From the NCBI RefSeq assembly GCF_000015945.1, contig NC_009033.1, positions 1,320,001 to 1,352,000 on the forward strand: 32,000 nucleotides of DNA. Direction: 5' to 3'. Shown here piece by piece: positions 26,550 to 32,000 of this stretch. The position numbers and the translations under genes are program-made. The notes under the pieces were generated by a model. That model ran no database searches. It saw only the letters and a list, made by a program, of their open reading frames with translations, and was not told the origin of the DNA. Position 1 is the first letter of the stretch. Each line of letters begins with the position of its first letter. This DNA is from Staphylothermus marinus F1. Lineage in GTDB: Archaea > Thermoproteota > Thermoprotei_A > Sulfolobales > Desulfurococcaceae.

Positions 26550-27808
26550 GGACCACATATTTTATAAGAGTACTTATGTGGAAAGAACTCACAGACCTAA
26601 TTAGGGATAGGAAAACATTGTTTACAAGCATACTTCTACCATTAATAATGCTTCCCCTAATCGGATTACTAGGCGTAGCACTAGTTACACAACAACCAGT
26701 TCTAATAGCAATAATTGATCTTGATAATTCGAGTTATCATAATGACTACTTAAATATAACATATAATTCATCATGGGTCGTCTCTAATCTAACCAATGTC
26801 TTATCTCGTTATGGATACAACTATACTATTTCCAGTAATGAAAGCATAGTTAAGAATCCAAAAATAGACTTAGCAGTTGTTATACCGGAGGGTTTCGCTA
26901 AAAACTCCACATTACTAAATACTACTGCTAGAATAATTATTTATAGGAAAGCAGGTGTTCAAGCAGCTGAGAGAGCTGAAGCAACTGTTAATGGTGTCAT
27001 ATATTATTTATCCATAAGGTTATCTGATGAAAAGATCAATTCATTGTCTAGAATACTAAATATTACAATTGTACCACAAGCTCTTAGAAACCCTATACAA
27101 ACCAGGACTGAAGTTGTCACAATAACCGGTGTTCCAGCACAACCAGGATTCGAATTAAAAGCTACCTTTGCAAGAATACTTGTTTTAGCCCTTAGCTTCG
27201 TGGTGACTCCAGCTGCATCATACGTTATAGATGGTATAGTTGGTGAGAGGGAGAGAAAAACCATGGAACTACTTATATCGAGCCCTGCCCCCCTTAATTC
27301 AATTATTTATTCTAAAATGATTGCTGCTACAATTCTTGGGTTAATAACGGCTGTTGCTGATGCTTTGGGATTAGTAGCTTATATGTTCTTATTGAGTATT
27401 GCTTCAGGAGTTGGTCTTGGCTTAATAGTTGATCCTATGCTTTTACTAATACATTCCATAACGGCTTTCTTCACAATATTAGCAACTATAACTATAGCAT
27501 TACCCTTCATTACTAGAACCAAGGGTATACGGAGTGCATCAAATATTGCTGGAATAGTGACAACTATTGGGATAGTATTCTTCTTTACAGGCTTCTTCGT
27601 AGACTATATAAGGCTTCCTTCAGAGATACTTTATCCATTATATATAGTTCCATATGTTCATAGCATACTAGTTATACAATCATATATGCTCGGATATGTT
27701 TTGAGATCAATTATTCATATAAGTGTATTAGCAATTGTTAGCATAGGATTACTAGTATTAGCTACAAAAACGATCAATACAGAAAAACTATTAATCGCTC
27801 AGTCCTAG
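26546..27808 (+). CDS. ABC-2 type permease (NatB-like) with large extracytoplasmic loop
   Basis: 420 aa. An N-terminal TM segment is followed by a ~180-aa sequon-rich loop and then about 5 C-terminal TM helices. It is translationally coupled to the ATPase. Confidence 0.7.
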   Translation: MRTTYFIRVLMWKELTDLIRDRKTLFTSILLPLIMLPLIGLLGVALVTQQPVLIAIIDLDNSSYHNDYLNITYNSSWVVSNLTNVLSRYGYNYTISSNESIVKNPKIDLAVVIPEGFAKNSTLLNTTARIIIYRKAGVQAAERAEATVNGVIYYLSIRLSDEKINSLSRILNITIVPQALRNPIQTRTEVVTITGVPAQPGFELKATFARILVLALSFVVTPAASYVIDGIVGERERKTMELLISSPAPLNSIIYSKMIAATILGLITAVADALGLVAYMFLLSIASGVGLGLIVDPMLLLIHSITAFFTILATITIALPFITRTKGIRSASNIAGIVTTIGIVFFFTGFFVDYIRLPSEILYPLYIVPYVHSILVIQSYMLGYVLRSIIHISVLAIVSIGLLVLATKTINTEKLLIAQS

Positions 27809-27818
27809 GATAAATAAG

Positions 27819-27882
27819 AAGATGATGAGCCCAGGCGAAGCAGAGCTTTTGAGGCTATGACGTATTCAGCCTTAACTGATCA
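27819..27882 (+). ncRNA. Box C/D sRNA (2'-O-methylation guide)
   Basis: The layout is AUGAUGA (27822-27828), a 12-nt guide (gcccaggcgaag), CAGA (27841-27844, D'), a linker, AUGACGU (27857-27863, C'), a 12-nt guide (attcagccttaa) and CUGA (27876-27879, D). The C-to-D span is 58 nt, the canonical archaeal geometry. Confidence 0.65.
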
Positions 27883-27978
27883 TACCTACACATAAGAATA
27901 AATTGATCCATATATCTATTCTGAGATAAAGATTTATACTTAAAAGATAAAGTATAAATTTTAAAAGGTGACTCTATA

Positions 27979-28479
27979 TTGAGTAGGAGGGCATTCTATA
28001 GAATAATACTTTATAGTGGCGAAAACGGAGAACTTGAACCAGTAAAAATTGCTCAACAATTAGGACTCCAATTAAACACTGTAAAGAAATACTTGAAAAC
28101 ACTTGAGAAGGAAGAACTAGTTAGAAGAATAGATGATAAAAGATATCAATTAACAAGTAAGGGGTTAAAACTCAAGAAAAGTATAGAGAGACTCAAAGAA
28201 ATAAAAACACCAGAACCATACATAATTACTAATCCATCAACAGGCGAGCCCCTCCAATTAACTGTTAGAGATTATAAACAATTATATGCTGTAATAGAGT
28301 ATGGTCTAGCTCCAAGAAATATTTTAGAAGAACACTTAAAGAGAGGATATTTCTTGGAATGGATAAAAAATGTTTTCAACGATGAATTCTTAGTTGAACT
28401 AATTAATGAAGGAAGGATAACAACAATAGATGATCTGAAAAACTATTTAAAAGAAATAATAGGTTTACTAACGAAATAG
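27979..28479 (+). CDS. Winged-HTH regulator with C-terminal domain shared with the downstream GH57 enzyme
   Basis: 166 aa. The N-terminal wHTH is LEPVKIAQQLGLQLNTVKKYLKTLEKEELVRR. The C-terminal ~70 aa align with the C-terminus of ORF 29989..31551 (HLKRGYFLEWIKNVF vs HLKRGDFQAWLRSIF). AGGTGA precedes the TTG start. Confidence 0.6.
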   Translation: MSRRAFYRIILYSGENGELEPVKIAQQLGLQLNTVKKYLKTLEKEELVRRIDDKRYQLTSKGLKLKKSIERLKEIKTPEPYIITNPSTGEPLQLTVRDYKQLYAVIEYGLAPRNILEEHLKRGYFLEWIKNVFNDEFLVELINEGRITTIDDLKNYLKEIIGLLTK

Positions 28480-28502
28480 AATCATATCGTTGATGTGAAA
28501 CA

Positions 28503-29945
28503 ATGATAAATCAAACAATCTTAGCAAGTAAGTTAGAAAAGTTTTTACCCAATATTAGATGGTGGCCTTGGAAAGGAGTCTCTAAAAGTATATTTTTTAA
28601 CTATTATAAAGAATGCGACGACATAATCTTATCCATTATAAAAGCTAACGAGCACGGGTTCTATTTGCCATTAAAAATTGCTGATACAAAACCTGATCTT
28701 CCAGCTAATAGATATTTTTTAATAAATAATAAGTATCTGTATGAAGCTGAGTTTTCGAGAGATTATATTGAGAAATTAAAGAAGATAGAGGATATTAGTA
28801 TTAGGGAATACGAAAAACTAGTAGGTAAAGTAACAAAGGCATACCCGCTCACACTAGATACAACCAATATAGTTGCTATACATGAATTAGAGTATGGAGA
28901 TAAAGTAGTAGTGAAGAGTTATAGACTTATCCCTAGAATCAATATGGAACCTTTAATTCTAATGAAACTAGCTGAGAAAAGATTCAAGAATATTCCGAAG
29001 CTTTATCAAGTCTTCATATTAAAGGATATAGTAGTATCTCTGGTAGTAGAGTATGTTAAAGGTATAGGAGATGGCGGTTATCCATTCTATATAGCTTATA
29101 AGAAACTTTTAGAATCAGGTAAAAGAAGAGAACCACTAGGGTACAGGCTTGGCTTAGCAAGTAAGCTCGGAATAATTATAGCGGATATGCATAAGAAGCT
29201 AAACGATAAATTCAGCACAGACTTTTTCGGCTTAGAAAAAATAAGTAATGAAGATATTGAAAGATGGATTAAAAGAATAGATTCGAGATATAAAGAAATA
29301 TTAAAGATACTAAGCGATTTAGAGAGCAAGGCTGATAAGAAACGCGATATTAGAAGATATAGTTTCTGGAGAGAAGTTCTCGAAGAAAAAGCCTACTCAA
29401 TAATTGAAGATGCTAAGACGCGTATGGAACTTTTCAGAGATAGTAATAAAGGGAGGATCCACCAAGATCTTCACTTAGCACAAATGATATATTCCGTGGA
29501 GAACGAAGACTTCATAATTACGGATTTCGAGGGAGAGCCTGGACGTAGCGATGATGAAAGAGTTGAGAAAGAACCGTTTCTCAGAGATATCGCCACTATG
29601 ATCCGTAGTTTCCAATATCTTGCCTTCATGACCTATTTAGAAGTTAAGGGTAAAAGTATAGAGCAAGTAGCTAAGAAGCTGTTGAGGAACGATGTTACTT
29701 GGGAATGGCGTATGAGACATAGTCTTAGCATGTTGTTATCATATTTAGCATCTACACAGAAACCCAATATTCACGGTATTAATACGCAGTTATTAATAGA
29801 ACAATACAATCAACTACTTATGCCTTGGCTTGTTGAGAGAGCGCTATATGAGATCATGTATGAAGCTATGTACAGGCCTGAATGGATACCTGTCCCATTG
29901 ATCGGCTTATTAAATCCAGCAATACCAACGTTGCCTCTCAAATAA
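28503..29945 (+). CDS. Maltokinase-like (Mak/Pep2, aminoglycoside-phosphotransferase fold) kinase
   Basis: 480 aa. The catalytic loop is RIHQDLHLAQMI and the Mg-binding motif is ITDFEGEPGR, matching the DLH...DFEGEP pattern of maltokinases. The substrate is not established. Confidence 0.6.
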   Translation: MINQTILASKLEKFLPNIRWWPWKGVSKSIFFNYYKECDDIILSIIKANEHGFYLPLKIADTKPDLPANRYFLINNKYLYEAEFSRDYIEKLKKIEDISIREYEKLVGKVTKAYPLTLDTTNIVAIHELEYGDKVVVKSYRLIPRINMEPLILMKLAEKRFKNIPKLYQVFILKDIVVSLVVEYVKGIGDGGYPFYIAYKKLLESGKRREPLGYRLGLASKLGIIIADMHKKLNDKFSTDFFGLEKISNEDIERWIKRIDSRYKEILKILSDLESKADKKRDIRRYSFWREVLEEKAYSIIEDAKTRMELFRDSNKGRIHQDLHLAQMIYSVENEDFIITDFEGEPGRSDDERVEKEPFLRDIATMIRSFQYLAFMTYLEVKGKSIEQVAKKLLRNDVTWEWRMRHSLSMLLSYLASTQKPNIHGINTQLLIEQYNQLLMPWLVERALYEIMYEAMYRPEWIPVPLIGLLNPAIPTLPLK

Positions 29946-29988
29946 CATATTATCTTAAAAAACAATATATTTCATTAGAAAATATTGA

Positions 29989-31551
29989 TTGGTGAAAGTT
30001 TTGAGCGATATTGTATTCATGTTTGAAGTGCATCAACCATATAGACTTGATAGAAACGCATATAATAAACTACTCGAAAAAGCTCTACGAGGAAGACTTG
30101 AGCCACATGATCTTGAAGACGCTATTTTCGATAATGGACTGAACAAATTAGTGATAGAAAGAGCTTCTACAAAATGCTATATTCCAGCAACTAAGATAAT
30201 ATTGGAAAACATAAAGAGATATGCTAATAGTAATAAACCATTTAAAGTCGCTTATTCTATTAGTGGTGTTTTCATAGAACAAGTTAGGATGTGGAAGCCT
30301 GAAGTAATAGATCTATTTATGGAGCTACGTGAAACAGGTATGGTGGAATTTGTTGAGCAAACATATTATCATAGCATGGCTGCTTTCATGCCTTTAAAGG
30401 ACTGGTCTGAGTTGAGAGAGCAAATACTTGAGCACCGCAGAGCTATGAAGGAATTATTCGATTATGAACCTAAGAGCATAGAGAATACTGAGTTCTCATA
30501 CAATAATGATATTGCTTGGCTATTCTCCTCTATGGGATACAAAGTTGTATTAACTGAGGGTGTTGACTGGGTTCTCGGATGGAGATCGCCTAATTATGTT
30601 TATAGAGCATATGGTAGTGATATCAAGGTTTTAACGAGAAATTATAGGTTAAGCGATGATATAGGTTATAGGTTTAGCGATAGAAACTGGGATCAATACC
30701 CATTAACAGCGGATAAGTATGCATCATGGCTAGCTGCAACTCCTGGAGACGTAATATTTCTCGCAATGGATTATGAGACTTTCGGAGAACATCACTGGCC
30801 AGAAACCGGGATACACGAGTTCTTGAGATGGTTGCCGGGAGAGATATTGAAGTATAATCACTTATATACTTCGACTCCAAGCGAGGTAGTAGATAAGTAT
30901 CCTGCTAGAGACATCATAGATGTTCCACCATGGAATACGATTAGTTGGGCTGATGAACGAGATCTAAGTGCTTGGCTAGGAAATCATATGCAGAGAAACG
31001 CGTTCAAGATCCTTGTTGATCTAAGGCCTTATGTGAAAGCATTAGATGAGCCCGAGATTACCCGTATCTGGAAGCTTCTAACAATAAGTGATCACCTATA
31101 CTATATTGCCACAAAGTTTGGAAGCATAGAACAAGTACACAGTTATTTCTCGCCATACAAGAACGCACCAGATGCTTATGCAATATATGTTCAAGCCCTA
31201 AGTCTTCTAGCAGGATTAATAGCGGAGAAAATAGAGCAGAAAAAATATGATGTGGCAAGAAAACTAGTACTACCAATGAATAAGGCGTTCTACTTCTATA
31301 AACCAACAGGAGAATATACAGGATATAGTGCAACCAATATAAAGGAATTCCTAGAAATAATTAGTAAAGCCCCAGCAGAATCAATACTATATCATTTAAA
31401 AAGAGGAGATTTCCAAGCATGGCTAAGAAGCATATTCGGTTTAGACGAAATAGCTGACGAACTAGACAAGATATCTTCTCAACCATTATCAGCTGAGGAA
31501 GCTCGGAAAGCCGTCTCAGATATAATAAGAAAATTTCTGAGCAGTACATAA
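29989..31551 (+). CDS. Glycoside hydrolase family 57 alpha-glucan-active enzyme with extra C-terminal domain
   Basis: 520 aa. The GH57 conserved regions are readable: I FEVHQPYR, II GMVEFVEQ, III IENTEF, IV MDYETFGEHHW, V ISDHLYY. The C-terminal ~70 aa are homologous to the C-terminus of the wHTH protein. Confidence 0.8.
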   Translation: MVKVLSDIVFMFEVHQPYRLDRNAYNKLLEKALRGRLEPHDLEDAIFDNGLNKLVIERASTKCYIPATKIILENIKRYANSNKPFKVAYSISGVFIEQVRMWKPEVIDLFMELRETGMVEFVEQTYYHSMAAFMPLKDWSELREQILEHRRAMKELFDYEPKSIENTEFSYNNDIAWLFSSMGYKVVLTEGVDWVLGWRSPNYVYRAYGSDIKVLTRNYRLSDDIGYRFSDRNWDQYPLTADKYASWLAATPGDVIFLAMDYETFGEHHWPETGIHEFLRWLPGEILKYNHLYTSTPSEVVDKYPARDIIDVPPWNTISWADERDLSAWLGNHMQRNAFKILVDLRPYVKALDEPEITRIWKLLTISDHLYYIATKFGSIEQVHSYFSPYKNAPDAYAIYVQALSLLAGLIAEKIEQKKYDVARKLVLPMNKAFYFYKPTGEYTGYSATNIKEFLEIISKAPAESILYHLKRGDFQAWLRSIFGLDEIADELDKISSQPLSAEEARKAVSDIIRKFLSST

Positions 31552-31637
31552 ATCATAGAATCCAAGAGGATTATCTTAGAAAAACTATTTTATGTGGGAG
31601 GATTTTTACCTTAGATCATGGGTTGAGGTTGAGGCTG

Positions 31638-32000
31638 ATGTATCTCCGTAAATCCCTATCAGTCATATTGCTGGTACTTATAGCTGTGTTCTTCATGGCT
31701 GATCAAAATCTTTTACCGCCTAATTACCAGTTTATTATGAAGGAATTCGGCATATCTGAAGTTCAAATAGGGCTTGTTTCATCAATATTTGTCGCTACTA
31801 GTGCGGTCATTACTATACTGTGGGGTTTTCTAGCTGATGTGGTTTCGAGGAAGAAATTATTGCTTATAGGAGTGTATTTAGGGGAAATCCCGTGTTTTCT
31901 CACAGCATTCGTAACTAACTATTGGCAATTATTGTTTCTAAGACTCCTAACAGGTATAGGTATAGGATCAATAATACCTATAGCTTATACACTAATAGCT
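31638..32000 (+). CDS. MFS transporter, 5' partial (runs off the window end)
   Basis: This is my own translation from ATG 31638: MYLRKSLSVILLVLIAVFFMADQNLLPPNYQFIMKEFGISEVQIGLVSSIFVATSAVITILWGFLADVVSRKKLLLIGVYLGE...LLTGIGIGSIIPIAYTLIA. It shows typical MFS TM1-TM4 and the D-x-x-S-R-K-K loop. It is open to the window end, so it is absent from the ORF track. Confidence 0.6.
   Translation, partial: MYLRKSLSVILLVLIAVFFMADQNLLPPNYQFIMKEFGISEVQIGLVSSIFVATSAVITILWGFLADVVSRKKLLLIGVYLGEIPCFLTAFVTNYWQLLFLRLLTGIGIGSIIPIAYTLIA

Noticed and set aside
202-31549. About 30 remaining short (60-98 aa) ORFs from the track, all fully embedded in or antisense to longer CDS (e.g. 202-438, 1405-1695, 2565-3026, 3799-4038, 5044-5253, 7106-7790, 10780-10977, 12464-12679, 13417-13710, 15649-15846, 19538-20542, 22461-22658, 23361-23870, 24334-24910, 25212-25445, 26434-26631, 27004-27264, 29096-29329, 30674-31549)
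   Set aside because: Each overlaps a longer ORF that has recognisable family motifs or a better coding character. None has motifs of its own.
1-32000. CRISPR array, tRNA/rRNA genes, transposase/integrase or prophage content
   Set aside because: There are no regularly spaced short direct repeats. I found no cloverleaf-compatible GC-rich ~75-nt segments or T-loop (GTTCRAnYC) motifs in any spacer. No ORF has recombinase or transposase motifs. The only repeats are the dispersed GC-rich elements reported above.

Overview
This is an AT-rich, tightly packed archaeal chromosomal segment. The gene content is tiaS, deoxyhypusine synthase, PCNA, the archaeal pantoate kinase / phosphopantothenate synthetase route to CoA, an Ard1-type acetyltransferase and a box C/D sRNA. 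This suggests a (hyper)thermophilic archaeon, probably a crenarchaeote of the Desulfurococcales type; the taxon is inference only. I support about 32 CDS, mostly housekeeping. They fall into five groups: (1) translation and modification: tiaS, dys, asnS, a Trm5/Taw2-like methyltransferase; (2) replication and repair: PCNA, endonuclease III, an HTH-Mrr-like nuclease; (3) a near-complete CoA operon: panE-panB-PoK-PPS, convergent with coaBC; (4) transporters: one ABC-2 pair and two MFS genes; (5) two C-terminally anchored surface proteins and an alpha-glucan cluster (wHTH protein, maltokinase-like kinase, GH57). I found no rRNA, tRNA, CRISPR array, transposase or integrase. Four things deserve a second look. 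(a) An unrecognised family of GC-rich 180-260 bp non-coding elements has three copies plus one partial inverted copy within 7.5 kb. The copies share hairpins, an internal TATA-like box and, in the best copy, 21-nt inverted repeats. This is either a novel structured sRNA family or a MITE. (b) A canonical-geometry box C/D sRNA lies just 3' of the ABC permease gene. (c) A ~65-aa domain is shared between the wHTH protein and the C-terminus of the GH57 enzyme, and the two genes flank the maltokinase-like gene. (d) An HTH-ThiN gene and an unknown gene appear to head the CoA operon. All functional calls come from motif recognition by eye; no database search was possible.
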